Shown: positions 39,279 to 52,670 of the stretch, piece after piece
Layout: every line of letters begins with the position of its first letter
Numbering within the stretch: the first letter of the stretch is position 1
Assembly: GCA_028534125.1 (NCBI GenBank)
Contig: CM052818.1
Location: forward strand, 43,588,001 to 43,652,000
Length of the DNA: 64,000 bases
Reading direction: 5' to 3'
Source: Lama glama
Taxonomy: Eukaryota
Translations under genes and position numbers: made by a program
Notes under the pieces: generated by a model
The model's database searches: none
Seen by the model: the letters and a program-made list of their open reading frames with translations, nothing else
Told to the model about the DNA's origin: nothing

Positions 39279-39306
39279 CTTGTCAATCTGCCATTTTTGA
39301 TTGTTG
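39279..39306 (-). other. Candidate 28-nt micro-exon
   Basis: ccctgttttctacAG|CAACAATCAAAAATGGCAGATTGACAAG|GTAAGA; near-consensus acceptor and donor. Confidence 0.45.
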
Positions 39307-39451
39307 CTGTAGAAAACAGGGATTTACTTATGCTTTAGGACAGATTATGTTGTTTGAGCAGAAAATGGAAATGGACTTAAAGTAGGAAAAAAAGAAAACA
39401 TATTTAGTGGTGTCTTGACTCGTAAAACTAGAAGCGCAATCTGTCTAGCAT

Positions 39452-39470
39452 AGTCTGCCAGGGGGCGCTG
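39452..39470 (+). promoter_or_regulatory. CTCF-binding motif
   Basis: agtctgccagggggcgctg versus consensus TGGCCACCAGGGGGCGCTA, with the core CCAGGGGGCGC intact. Confidence 0.65.
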
Positions 39471-39719
39471 CTGCGATGAAGGGGCATACCTTTTCCTCTG
39501 CTGGCTGGGATCATTTCTGAACTAGTTTTTACTCTGTTGAGCTATATGAAAAATAGACTTAGGGATATAAATCAATACACGTTCATCATTTTAGTTTTTT
39601 CTTTTAATTTTGGACCATGAACCATCAGTCCATCCTGTGTTAATTAAGCGTTACCACGTGTAGGGTTGTGTGCTAGGCATAGCGAAGAGACACAAAGCAC
39701 ATGCAGGAGATCATGTGGT

Positions 39720-39975
39720 TGACTGTTTCAGAGTCTGCTTTCTGGAGCTATGCAAGCTTATGTTTGAATCCTGCTCTTCCACTTACTAATGGGTGATCAT
39801 GGAAAAGCTATTTACTCTTTTAATCTCAGTTTTCCCACCTCTAAAATGATGATTAAAAATAGTCATTGTGTCATAAGAATTTTTTGAAATATAACATGAC
39901 TCTACAGATAAAATATTGAATGCACTGCATGACTAGCACATAATGAATACTCAATATTTTCATATTATTAAATTA
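39720..39975 (+). mobile_element. MIR SINE
   Basis: gtttgaatcctgctcttccacttactaatgggtgatcatggaaaag...ctcagttttcccacctctaaaatg...tagcacataatgaatactcaata. Confidence 0.8.
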
Positions 39976-41649
39976 TCATCATTTCTCTCATTGTTCAAGT
40001 CCACTCTTCAAGGAATTAGAAGCAATTCAGTAGATGAATATTGAACTGACAAAAATACAAACAAAATCGTTATATTGAGGTATATTATCTTGAGGAAAAT
40101 TATCAGAATATAAACAAACTTAAATTATATATATAGGAAAAAAACATAATATGCCATTAATTAGCCTGTTTCCAGCCTAAAATCAATTCCCTAATTTAAA
40201 AAAAGGAAGAGAGTCCTTTTCACTTTTGGAGAAATAAGAAATTATATTTTAATAAAATGTTTTGTCATATATGGTCATTGCTAAATAAGTGGGCCAGATG
40301 AGAAAATTTTAAATAAATAACCAGCATCTATAATCTCAACATTCACAGATGGCCACCCTCAATAGTTTAATGTATATTCCTCCAGTCTTTATGATGTAGC
40401 TTTTAACACAGTGAATATTCTATTGTGCATTAACCTTTATGTCTGCTTTTGATGTTAAACTTTATAGTATAATTTTCCACATCTTTAGGAACTCTTTATT
40501 AGCATAATTATTAACACCTCGGAAATTTTGCATTTTACTTGAGGATATACAGTACATATGGACTAGTAACGTTTTGTCACCAGTCTATACATTGTCAGAC
40601 AATTAGAGAACATGACTGGAGACAAACTAATAGACTTGTGATGTTCGAACAGTTACATCTGTAAAAAGAAGCACTATTATTAGCTAAAATTCTTAAGAAA
40701 GCCATTAAAAAAAAAAGTATGTTTGTGTTGTTTATAGAAGAATGAACAGAACACAGTTAAGGAACAAAGAAGGTGTTTGGTTATCTAGGTCAGCGTAACC
40801 TCATGAGCCAAAAAAAAGTTTTAAGTAGAGGCTTAAAATCTGAGATGCTGATAGTTTGTAAAAAATGAATAAACAGAAGCCTCAGTTAAATAGGGTTGGG
40901 AGGCTAGAGGGGGTCTGTGACAATAGCAGAGCCCAGCAGGAAGAAGAAAGACTCCTCTTCTGTCCTGGCAAGGGCTCAGCCAAGTGGGAGTGCAGACCCT
41001 GTTTGCTACAGCCCTCCCCGCTCTCTCTTCCCCTCGGCCAGAGTTCTCCTTCTCTTGCCTAGTGGGAACCTGCCCAGGGCTTGCCGTGGTTGCAGAACCC
41101 CGATTGCAGTTCTCTGCTGATCCTGAAGAAAGCCATGTTTGCAGGAGAAATATCTGACTGTCTGCTTCAGGTCAGTGTAGTTTATCTGAACATGAATAGT
41201 GCATGCTGTAAATGTTGTAAATGAAAACTGGATGATGATGTGGAGAGAAGTCGAAGAGACAGATTTCATTTTCTTAGGTGATTTTCTGTGTCAATCATAG
41301 TCCCTGGAGGACACTAAGGGCCTAAGTGCACACTTGCTTAGACTTTCTAATATTTTGCAGATGATTTTCATATGCAGTATATTGAAAATTGCCTGAGCAA
41401 AGTATTGAGAAAGTGATGTTCTTTTCTTTACAGTAAATGAGTTGATGAAGAATCAGAGCGTTCTTCCATGCTCTCTCAAATAAAAATTTTGTATTTTGTT
41501 TTGAGTTCATACTCAAACAATACATTAGTTGAAATAAAATGTGTAGGGGATTTTGTTCTGCCCCCAAATTTTGTACACATTGTTCCATTGCCTTTTGAAA
41601 TTTGTTCTTATGTAGAGACCAAAGACTCTTTTACATATAATATGTGTAA

Positions 41650-42270
41650 GGCAATGTACCAGTTACTAAGGTTGTATGGACAAATTACCCCAAAACTTAG
41701 CCGTGTAAGATAACCATTTATCATGATGATGAATTTTCTGTTTCAGAAATTCCACTGGGGCACTGTGGTGTGGCTTGTCTCTGTTTTCCAATGTCTAGGA
41801 CCTCAGCTGGAAAACTCAAAAGCTGGAGCTAGTGTCAGCTGAAAGTTCATTCATTTATACATGTGGCATCTGGTCTGGGATGACTCGAAAGTTTGGGGAC
41901 TGAAGCAGCTGGGGTTCTGCGCCTCTTTCTCTGTGTGTTTGCTCCACGTGGTTTTTCCAGCATAGCGGTTAGTGCATTCATGGTAGTCGTATCTGTGGTA
42001 GTCAGGGCTTCAACGGCACGGCTGCAAAAGGGGGAGAGAGAGAGAGAGAGAGACACCCTGTCACCTATTACTGCCTAGCCTCAGAAGTCCGATCGTGGCA
42101 CCACCATGGCACCCTGTTGACAGAGGCGTATTCAAAGTCCCATCCAGTTTCAAGGGAATGTGGACACAACTTCTCAGTGGAAGGATGTCAGCATTGCATT
42201 GTAACCAAAATGCGTGGAGAGAGCTATATATTGGTGTGTCGATCTTTGGGAAATATAATTTGCCCAGGCA
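41650..42270 (-). mobile_element. MLT1G/H-type MaLR solo LTR
   Basis: acaaattaccccaaaacttag...gtggcttgtctctgttttccaatgtctaggacctcagctgg...cctagcctcagaagtc...atctttgggaaatataatttgcc. Confidence 0.8.
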
Positions 42271-42299
42271 TAGAGGCTAACACTGATAACATCGCATTG

Positions 42300-44700
42300 G
42301 AATTCCAGCTACCCAATGTAAGAGGTCTCTCACCATTCCTTTCGCAGTCCTACGTGCCTTACTCTGACTGTGTCAACCCCCTTCTCATCCTTTCACAATC
42401 TCCACTTCTCTGTATTTCAGATCTTTCTCTATAGTTTTACCACGTGTGCTTTCACGCCATCTCACAATGGATTCATGTACAAGCATGTGTATGTGCAGAT
42501 TTGGGTTTCATATAATATGAAAAACATAAATGCATTCTTCTGCATCTCGATTTTTTTCCCTTAACCTGTGTTCTTACAATTTCTTCATACTGTTGCATGT
42601 AGCTTAAACACATACATTTTACATGCAGTTTACTATTCGGTTGAACATATTTTCCACAAATTATTCATTTGATTGATGATGGAGTATGGAGTTTCCAGTT
42701 TTGTTTTATTTATGTGATTCTTATCTCCAAGACTATGTTTTCATATAAATTTCTTTTAATTTCTCTTTCATATAAAATGTTGTAATACATATGTAATTTG
42801 TATTATGTGCCATAAGGATAACGTTGTTTTTTTTTTTTACCAAATGAATTTGGAATTTATTCTAGCACTATTTATCAAGTAAAAAAAAATTAGTTGGGAA
42901 TAATTTCAAGTTTATAGTGTGTTGCAAAAAAAAAGTACAAAGAAAATTCATATACCATTTACCCATGTTTGCTTATTATTCGTATGCCCATGTTATATGT
43001 ATGTATATATATGTGCACATATATACATAGATACATGTGTGCAAATTACATTAATCATGGCTCTCACCATGGCTCTCATCAATATTTTTATGTGTATTTC
43101 CTAAGAATAGGAGTATTATATAACCACAGTCATAATCAAATTCATAAATTTACATTGAATCAGTACTTTATCACTTATATTCCAATTTTTTTGAATTGGC
43201 CCAGTCTTATCCTTTATAGCATTTTCCCAGTCTAGCACAGAATCCAATCTCTAGGGTCAGATGTTACAGAGCTACCATGTCTCTTTAACCTACAACATTC
43301 TCGAAGACTTCCTATGTCTTTGATAACATGGACCCAATTGAAGAATATAGAATTCATTCTCTTTTTCAAGAGAAGAGTCCTTATTTTGCATTTGTTGCTT
43401 ATTCACAACTACAATGAAGTTATGCATTTGTGGTGTGTCTAAAGATTATCACATCTGGAGAAACAATGTCCATGAGCACCGTTCCCTCTGATCACCTTGA
43501 AGGTGTTGCCCCAATTCTCCATTGTTAATTTACTCTTTAAAAAATGTTGCTGTTAACACTTTTCTCAACGAATAAACAATTAATGGGGGACAATTTAGTT
43601 CCATGCAAATCTCTGGATCTTATCCAAATTTCTCCCTAAATATAGTATCCACTGGTGCTTCTTGTCTGACAGTCTTAACCATCATGGTCAGAGTATAATG
43701 AGTTTCCAGCTCCAGAATCCATCCAACGTTCGGTATTCTACCATAAGCAAGAGGCTTCACTTCTTCTGCATTTATGTATTTATTATTGAACAATCATAAA
43801 TTCCTACATTTAATGGTTTATATAGTTGATTACTGAACATAGCTATTTCAGTGCACAAATCCTCCCAGATTTGGCCCTTAAAAGCCTCCTCAGTCTGGTC
43901 CTCAGTGTTTCTGACATGCCCCCTTCTGACTTTCTGACACGGCAGTATATTCTAGGCTCATGTTGGGCCTACTCTGCCTGAACTATGGAATCGACTATTT
44001 TTCTGAAATGCTCCAGTTCCTGTTTATTAGCACCATTCACTTAAGAGTCCAGCGTTTTCCTGTTGATCTGTAATGTTAACCGTGTTATAAATCAAGGTTC
44101 CGTATATGGTTGGGTCTTGTCTAGGCTTATTTCTGTTCTGTTAGCCCACTTAACTGTTACTATATACCATATACGAAAGTCTCTTAACAATTTCCTGTTA
44201 ATTATCATCTTGTCGGCTTACTTTTGGAGAATGTCTCAGCTCTTTGTAGTCCTTGCCCACAATAAACTTGGAATTAGTTTGGTAATTTGAATGAAAAAAT
44301 TAACCACTAGGATTTTGATTGAAGTTATATTAAATCTTAGGTCAATTTCTAAGAGTTTTGTCAACTCTCTTTAGGAAACTGGGTGTTTTTCTTTTTAACT
44401 GAATAACTAAGGTAGAGTTTTCTCATTGTTAATCATTTTGAGTTGATTTTCCCCAGCACATAATGTGTCTTGAATATAAGACATTTTGTAATTTCAAAAA
44501 CGTATTCTTAAGTTATGACTTTAAATAGAAACATCATTGTTTTGGTTTATTTCCTTGTATGAACCCTATCTAGGCACAGTTTGTGTTTCATTTCCCTATC
44601 TTAATATCTATTATTAATGTGAGAAATGTTTTTATTTTCTTCTTTATATTTTTATTTCTACTTACATGCTGTTGATACCACGCTAGATGAATATATCCCC
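42300..44700 (-). mobile_element. Old L1ME fragments with a nested L1MC4-type 3' end (~42880-44020)
   Basis: ttgggaataatttcaagtttatagtgtgttgcaaaaaaaaagtacaaagaa...cctcccagatttggcc...tattctaggctcatgttg; flanks read as antisense ORF2 (aggattttgattgaagttatattaaatc). Confidence 0.75.
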
Positions 44701-44732
44701 TTAGTCCTCAGAGCTGCCAAGTGAGCAACTCT

Positions 44733-44845
44733 GTGGTGACCAGCCTGTGTGATCTGCATGATACGGAGGAGTTTCCTGAAATACAGGGACTTTTAAAGTT
44801 CATAATGGGGCGGTCTCTTGCAAACTGGGACCAATTCGTCATTAT
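44733..44845. mobile_element. MER94-like hAT-Blackjack MITE
   Basis: ggtgaccagcctg...ggagtttcctgaaatacagggactttt...gcaaactgggaccaattcgtca. Confidence 0.6.
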
Positions 44846-45039
44846 ACACATGACTGACTGAGAGCAGGGTTCCCTCTTGCCTAGCCTAAGTGCAGTACTT
44901 CCCGGGTGTGCAATGGAAATAGTATTCTTTTTAAATTTGCCAGGACATTTAAGTGGATTATTGGTATAGTTTTGAAATAAATAAGGAAATAATAGTCTCA
45001 ATTAAAATCATTCCAAAAAACAAATGAACGAAAACTCTA

Positions 45040-47380
45040 GGTAAAACTTCACCAGGAAAATTTACCAGAGTTAGGGAAAAAATGATGACAAACTTATACA
45101 TTCTTCCAGATAAATGAAAAAAGAAAAAAAACTCTCTGCCTTTCAGTTTGAGGTCAGTTTGTCTTTTTTTAAATCATCATAATGTCATAATGTTGATTAA
45201 AAAAAGAACGTGACACAAAAGGCCTTACAAAAAAGGAAAATTTCAGACCTTAAATATGATATTAAAATCCTAACGAAAATATTAACAACATTTTAGCAAA
45301 ATATATATTATGACCAAGTTGTTTTTAGACTTCAAAGTTAAGACTGGAAATATTTTAAAGTCAATGTGATTTGACACCTTAATAGAATAATCGAGAAAAA
45401 TTGAGAATTATCTCAATAGGTACAGATGAATTAGTTAATAACATTAAATGTCCATTCATAATTTAACAGCAAAGAATATTTTTATTCTGATACAAGATAG
45501 CTACAACAAATGCAAAAGACAAAGCCTTGAGCTTGATGGTGGAATGTCTGAAGCTTTTCCTTTGAGATCAGGAATGAGAAAAGGATGGCCACAGTGGCTA
45601 CTTTTATTCAATATGTATTTGAGGTCCTAGCTAGTCCAAAAGGAAAACAAACAAAATCATATGTAGTGAGGGCATAAACTAAAACATGTGTAGTCATTGT
45701 CATTATATGTGTAAACCATCCAAGAGCATCTGTGGATAATTACTAGAATAAAGCAGCATTATAAGCAAGTTCATTGGACGTAAGATCAGTTTACTCCATC
45801 CTAGTCCCTACCCCCAAAAAACTTCTGCTTAAGTGGAGGAATATGCCATTTTGCTATCAGAAATATCAATATTATAGTTTAATTTTATCCAAATTCTACC
45901 AGATCTACCCCATCAGAACTCTAATATGATGGTTTGTTGACCTTGCCAGGCTGATTCTAAAAATCATGTGGGAATGCGAGTGGCACAGAATATCCAAAAT
46001 AATCTTGAAAAAGAAAAACAAAATGGGAAAACTTGCCCCTACTGGATATTAAGACTTATTGTAATAATGTTACAATAATTAAGACAGTGTGGTATGTGTG
46101 TAGAAACAGGCAACTATACCGATGGAACAAAAGAATGATCCCAGAGACATACCCATACATATATGTGCATTTAACTTACAAAGAAAAACATGGCCTCAGA
46201 GAGTAGAAAGAAACTGTGTTTTTAATAAATGGTGCTGAGAATAATTAGTATTCATGGACATATCCATATCCAGCGCTTGCACAGAAATCAATTCTAGTGG
46301 ATTGTAGATCTGAATGTTAAGAAGAAAAATAAAGCTTTAGAAAAGTAACATAAAATTTTTAAAGACTTCTGTATAGAAAAATATTTCTTAAATAGGACTT
46401 AAAAATCTTTAAGAAAGTAAATATTGATAAATTTTGATGAAATTAAAATATTTCTGCTAAATAAATGGCATTAATTCAGTAAAAAAGCAAACATCTACTG
46501 AGAGAATATATTTGTAACTCACATAATTGACAAAGATTGCATCCACAGCATGTAAGTAAATCTTCCAAATCACTAAGAGAAAGAGAGGCCACTCAATAAA
46601 AATGTGCAGAAGACAGCTGAACAGCAATTTCACAAATAAGGATATAAAAATAACCAACAAACATATGAAAAAGCACTTTAATGATATTGGAAAATAAACT
46701 TTAAAACTACAATGAGATAATACTTCTTCTCCAACAGAAATTTGATAATACCAGTGGTTGGAAAGAATGTGGAATAAAAAGTATTCTCATGAACTTCTGT
46801 AGGGAATATAAATTATTTTTAAGTAGAAAAAGTTAGTATTATTTACTCTGTTTGAATATATACAGTCTTTATGATGTTATAATTTCATCCTTAAGTGTAT
46901 ATCCAAAAGAAATTCGCATACATATGCACAAAAGGCATTTTAAAGATCGTCCTTAGGGGCATTATTATAATATATCAGCTCTGGAAACCGCCCACCAATG
47001 GCAGAATGAATGAAATCATTGTGTCGAATGTATTGAATGGGGCAACAGTAGCTGAAAATGAACAAGCTGCAGCTACATGCAACAGCATGACTAATCCCAC
47101 AGCACAACCTAGAGTGAAGGAAATAAAACCTGTTTGTCTAAGAATGCGTGATTGGGTGGTAAAGTAATGCAGAAAGACAAGTGATGCCCAAACAAGATAA
47201 TTGTTGCCTAGAAAATGGAGAGTAATGGCTGGAAGGAAAAAAAGAGATATTAGTGTGCAATGCTGTAGCTTGGCCTGTGTTATGGCTATTTAGTTATTCA
47301 CCTGGTGATAAATGAACCGACCTTTTCATTTCTTAATGTATGCTTTTCTAAACTTGTGTTACATGTCATAAAACCAGTTT
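45040..47380 (+). mobile_element. Old L1ME, ORF2 to 3' UTR, decayed
   Basis: ctgaagcttttcctttgagatcaggaatgagaaaaggatggccac...ttattcaatatgtatttgaggtcctagc; taattaagacagtgtggtat; aacagcaatttcacaaataaggatata. Confidence 0.9.
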
Positions 47381-48844
47381 GAGATGCAAAAAGGCAAGCA
47401 CAATAAAAATCAAAGATTACTTAGAATTAAACATCAAATGGACACACTACATAGCAAAATTTGTATTTAGAGATGTGCCTACATTTATAATCAGTTACTA
47501 AAAATGAAAAGAAATTTGAAGAAAATCAATACTAATGAAGAAATTGATAAAATAAAAACTAAGCAGTTTATAAAATAATTTTAAAAAAAGAATGTTTGAA
47601 CAGTTTACAATACAAGATGAAAAACTAAGTTAAGAGAGAAAATTGCATTGAGTGAGTGGACTGAGAAGAAGGGAAACAGAGAGAAATAACCCTGTTAGGA
47701 AAGAAGAATTACTAGAGGATTAGTACACTTACACTTCTGATTCTGTCAGTTTTTGTTTCAAAATTATGGATTAGAAAGACACAGACAAATTCACGAGAAA
47801 AAATTTTCCTCTAGGGAGCAAAATTTAAAAGATTTAAATGGTATTTGTTATTAGTTATATTTTTATTTAAAACATTTGAGATCATGGGCTTTTATATAGT
47901 TATAATATTATTTATAACTTTCAGTGTTTTTAGAAAAAATCCAAATTTGAATAGATTCTTAAATAAACCTTTAAAGTACCAAGAAATTAGTCCATTTTTA
48001 GGTAATTCACATAAGTCAAAATGGTTAATTCTTAATTGATCAGGGAATTGATCATATTTACTAATGCTACCTAGAATTTCAAATAGAGCCTGTAATATAT
48101 TAAGGACATTTCACCTTGTGGGCAAAGTATTGATTGCACTGAGCAAGCCATGCCTGCCATAGAGCTCCAATGTATGCCCTTGTTGGCTTCGACCTGCTTT
48201 ACTGTAACGGTTTCCAAATTCTGCTCCTTCCAATCCGTGTTGATTTTGAAAGACTCATCCCATTCTACCATATCTTAACTTGAGTTATTGTTAATACCTG
48301 CTTACATTTCTGCTATAGCTGCCAAGTGGCAGCATAATATTGTAGAACCTTCCTCTACTCTGCTCTGTATACCTCATCTTGTGCATTTCACCTCCTAGGA
48401 ACCACTGTAACTAGCATTTATTGAGTGCTTTCCGTTCCAGTATATTCTTCATATATTAAGATGATCACATTGTTTTGTCTTTTCCTGTAATAATGTGGCG
48501 AATTACTTATACCTTTAATGTTTTAAACAAACCATACAGAATACGCATTACTACACATTGCTTGGGTCAGAGAACTGTTCTGTATAACTCTAAACCTTTG
48601 AGATTTGGTCAAACTTTAAACTTTCTCTCTGCCTAACATAACTCCTCTTCTCCCCTTTTTTTTTTTTTCTTTTGGTCACAGTTTCATGTAAACTTGAAAA
48701 ACATATGTGCTCTTTAGTTGTTGGGTATAAAGTTTTATAAATGTGTCAAACAGATCAATTTTAATTCTGCAGATCAAGTTTCTTGTCTTCTTGCTCTGTA
48801 ATTTACTGAGGATGTGTTAAATCCCTCACAATGATTATTGATAT

Positions 48845-48947
48845 ATTTTTTTTACCATTTTTTATTGATTTATAACCAGTTTACAATGTTGTGTTTGGTT
48901 TTTTTTAACATTTTTTATTGATTTATAATCATTTTACAATGTTGTGT
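48845..48947 (-). mobile_element. Two tandem, extremely 5'-truncated young L1 3' tails
   Basis: Two copies of ttttta(c/a)cattttttattgatttataa...tttacaatgttgtgt, flanked by the duplication TGATTATTGATAT. Confidence 0.75.
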
Positions 48948-49239
48948 GATTATTGATATTTTTAAATCTTTAGTACTGTCAAATTTCATTTTACACATTT
49001 TAAAGATATATTTTTGGGTTCATAGGTATTTAAAATGTTTGTATCTTCCTGTTTGATTGACTTTTATCATTAGAAAGTGTTCCTTTTTAAATCTCTGGTC
49101 ATGCTGTTTGCCCCAAAGCCTTTGTCCAATATTAGAGCAGCTTAATCAACTTCCTATTGGTTAATGTCTACCCTGTATACTTTTGCCATTTTTTTTAATT
49201 CTCAACTTTATTCTCATGATCTTAATTTGATACCTAGAA

Positions 49240-49620
49240 ATAGACTGAGACATAGTTGCATCCAGACTTATTGGAGAGGACACTCAAAATATATACCTAT
49301 AAAAAGGTATTAAGACAACATTGATCAGAGGGAGAAGCTAAATACAATACAGTTGCAACCAAGGCCGGAGAAAATCCTGTTAGGAGCTTTGCAGCTGGAA
49401 TGACTCTTGAGTTGCTCAAATTAAGGTGGCCAAGGGCCCTCTCATCTCTGGGAAGGAGCTGGCATAAGCTTGGGCAAGACAGTTCCCTGCATTCAAGGGT
49501 AAATACCATGCAAAATGCAGTAGTGGGTCTGTCTTCCCAGCAGCTGGGAATGGGTCCAGAGGCCTGAAAAGAAGACCTGGCTGGAGCAGAATGGTATCCA
49601 CTGAAATCACCTAGGGTCCA
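49240..49620 (-). mobile_element. LTR16-like ERVL LTR fragment
   Basis: cagagggagaagctaaatacaatacagttgcaaccaaggcc...ggagctttgcagctggaatgactcttgagttg. Confidence 0.6.
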
Positions 49621-49844
49621 TCCTTTCCAAGGAAGCTATGATTGAATTTTGCCCTTTTTATTCAGCTTTAAATATGTCTTTTAATTGGAGTACATTTCAT
49701 TCACAGTTAATATAATTACTGCTGCATTTAAGTTTAAGCATATCATTAACTTTGGTTAGGAAACAAAAAAATTTCAGTACACCTATCCTAGATTCTTTCC
49801 TCCTTCCTTTTTTGTCTTCATTTTAAGAATTTTAAGAATTATCT

Positions 49845-49987
49845 TGTATGTTAGGTGATGATGTGTTAACTAACTAACCATGATAATCGTTTCCTAATAC
49901 ATACATGTATCAAATCATTGCCTTGCACACCTTAAACTTACACACTGTTATGTGTCAATTATATCCCAGTACAGCTGGAAGAAAAAT
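49845..49987 (+). mobile_element. L1MA-type 3' end
   Basis: ggtgatgatgtgttaactaac...gtatcaaatcattgccttgcacaccttaaacttacacactgttatgtgtcaattatatc...gctggaagaaaaa. Confidence 0.8.
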
Positions 49988-52479
49988 ACATACTTACAGG
50001 TGTGTGTTTTTTCCTTCTATTTGTTTTTAGGTGTAAATTTGTTTAACATTCTCTTGGACTGTTACCATAGAGATATATATGAATGGTTTTATTCCTTTGT
50101 AAACAACAGTACAAGAACCTTGAAAGATGTTAGGGACATTTATTCTCCAACCTACAGGGCCACTCCTAACCTGTGAAAATCATTGTGTAATAATTTTTGC
50201 AAGGCCCTTGTGTATATGGACAATTTGATTTAAAAGTCTATAAATAAAAATTTGGGGGACCACACGAGATTTTGTTATTTAGTAACAAGTACTTAGAATG
50301 ATGAGCTGATGTGAGGAACTTACGTATTTGTTTATTGTTCTCAGTGTGTAAAAAGATTTGTCACCGTGTCTAGACATCATCACTTTCTGTTCAGGTCTAG
50401 GAACCATCTCCTCAGGTACTTTATTACCAAACTTCACGTCTTACTGCGAAACCAAGAGAACGAGGCTGTTATTATTTACTCTCCTATGTCTTTTCGGAAT
50501 ATGTTTATTTTGAAACAACACAGATTTTCTTGTCTGTCCAGTTCTCTAACCCATTTATTTAATGCAAGTTACATAATTACTCATGACTGTCATCCATTGT
50601 CTTGCTTGTGTGAACTCTTGGCTTCCAGTTCAGATATTATCACTGAACTTTGTTAGTGATAACCAAAAATGTGATTCTTACTGAGAGTACGCAGGGAAAT
50701 GTAAAAGATACTTCTCATCCTGGTCATGTTAAATTAACCATTCAGAATTTTATAGTCTAAATGCAGAACAACACATCTTCCAATGATGCCTCCTCTTGAA
50801 CTCTTTAGGTCATCTCTCTCAGTTCCTAGAATGTGAATTTTTTCACTGTTGACCTCATCCTTACCTTCCCCACACTTGCCCCGAGCAAGAAGAGCGAGGG
50901 GGCTGTTGGCAGAGAAAACAGGGCAGTTCTTTTTCACATCACTCATTTAGCATGGCTGAAAACTGTTAGTTTACACGTGGCTCTAGGTCTATCACCATTA
51001 GAATGTGAAGAGCAAATAGTTCTGGAGAAAGGAGGCATTCTCTTATGCTGTAAAACATGTCAGTGCATGCCAGGTTTCTTAACTCAGCAAGTCCTAAGCA
51101 TGGAATATCATGAAAACAGTTACATTATTTTAACACGCTTTCCTCCTCCTGTAAGTCAAATTGCTCACATGTTAGACCTTTTACCATGTCACATATGCCT
51201 TTTCTGTATTGTGTATCATTTTTTCCCTGTTGTTTGGGTCCTGATTTTTTCGTACTTACTTTTAACTGACAAATGTTCTTTTTATCTGTGTATACTATTC
51301 AGCCATTGTATCTTTTAGTTCTATAATGTCAATTTGCTTTTAAAAAAATATTTCCAGTTCTGTTTTGAATTTTTGAGTGTTGTAATTTGATGATTTATAA
51401 TACGAATTATAGTTACTGTAAAGTCTGATAACTGCAATATCTGAATATCACATAGATCTGTTTCTTTTTAATTTTTTTCTTTGTGCGCTATGTTTTATTC
51501 CCTTCTTCTATGAAAGCCTTTTACAATTAAATGTCAGATACCATATATAAAAATTATAAAAATCACTAGAAACTCTGGATAGTGCTGTGTTCTTCCAGGA
51601 TGAATTTACTGTGTTTTTTGCTTTGGTTTTTTTGGGGGTTTTTTTGCAGCTCTTAAAATGTTATTTTATTGCCTTTATCTTTTCAGAGGCTGAGATAATT
51701 TGAAGTTAGATTTAAGTCCTTCAGAAACGCATCAATTTTTGCTTTACCTGGTCTCCTCAAGTATGTCTCTTTAGGGTTATAAGCCAAAGCTTAACTTTTT
51801 TTTTTTAACCAGATCATCTGCTCCTTGTAAGTCTCTGACCTCCAATTTCTCACCTTGCCACCAAATTCTGTGAGGCTGGCCTACCTCCTCTTCCTCTCAG
51901 ATCCACTGTCACTGTCATAATTGGCAACTTCTTCACGAGAAAAAGGACACCAAACATTGGAAACGCCTCTCCTTCCTACTTGCTTTCTGTATCCTAGTCT
52001 GGCAAATTTTCAAAGTCTAGATAGGTTTTCAGTTCAAACAAATTCTTCATCTTCATTTTCTAAAGTTTCTGTTGTTTTATGAGATGAATGATTTGAAACA
52101 AGTAATTCAGTCATTATTAGTACACCATTACTGTCAGATTGCTCTGAATTTGATGCAAATAATATATGTTTTTTTCCTTAATTCAACCTGAAATAATATT
52201 ATCAACTATATGCCTAATAATTCAGTCATACATATAATAAACACCCTGGGAACACATTATTTACCAAATATGAAACTGTGCAGAGTGACATAAAGTGATG
52301 GAAATGACAGGGTCTGTCAAGTCTCTTCAGCCACATACTGGGAAGGTTTAAAATTAACATTTAAATATAAGTAAATATCAGTAAAGGATAAAAAGAAATA
52401 TTCGAGTTTAAATTACTTTCACATTCACCTGAGATGGATGAAATGATTCTTCAAACTGATTCTGGGAACTTTTAATAAT

Positions 52480-52670
52480 ATTCATAAAAATTTGTGATGC
52501 AGAATATGTTTTCTGTTTTACAATAAGGATATTAAGGCTCAGAGAGATAAAATTTCTTGCTTGGTATCACACAGCTGGCAGGTGTTGGAATAAGGCTTTC
52601 AGCCCATATTGTATGTGTGTAACGTGCGTTCCTAAAATCCTAGTATTCTTTCCATCCCAAGATGCTGTTT
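52480..52670 (-). mobile_element. MIR fragment
   Basis: ttttacaataaggatattaaggctcagagagataaaatttcttgcttggtatcacacagctggc. Confidence 0.7.

Larger units (their letters stand above)
48660..52100 (-). mobile_element. Fragmented ancient L1/HAL1-type sequence hosting younger insertions
   Basis: catgtaaacttgaaaaacatatgtgctctttagttgttgggtataaagt (antisense ORF2 endonuclease region) and T-rich antisense ORF1/5'-like tracts. Confidence 0.55.

Noticed and set aside
41415..41485. Plus-strand acceptor followed by xNELMKNQSVLPCSLK*
   Set aside because: Isolated signal with no other support
48318..48334. gctgccaagtggcagca as a second CTCF site or hairpin
   Set aside because: Several mismatches to the CTCF core, and a 7-bp stem is expected by chance
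50833..51318. 161-aa hydrophobic ORF
   Set aside because: It lies in T-rich antisense L1/HAL1-like sequence, starts at GTG and has no recognisable domain
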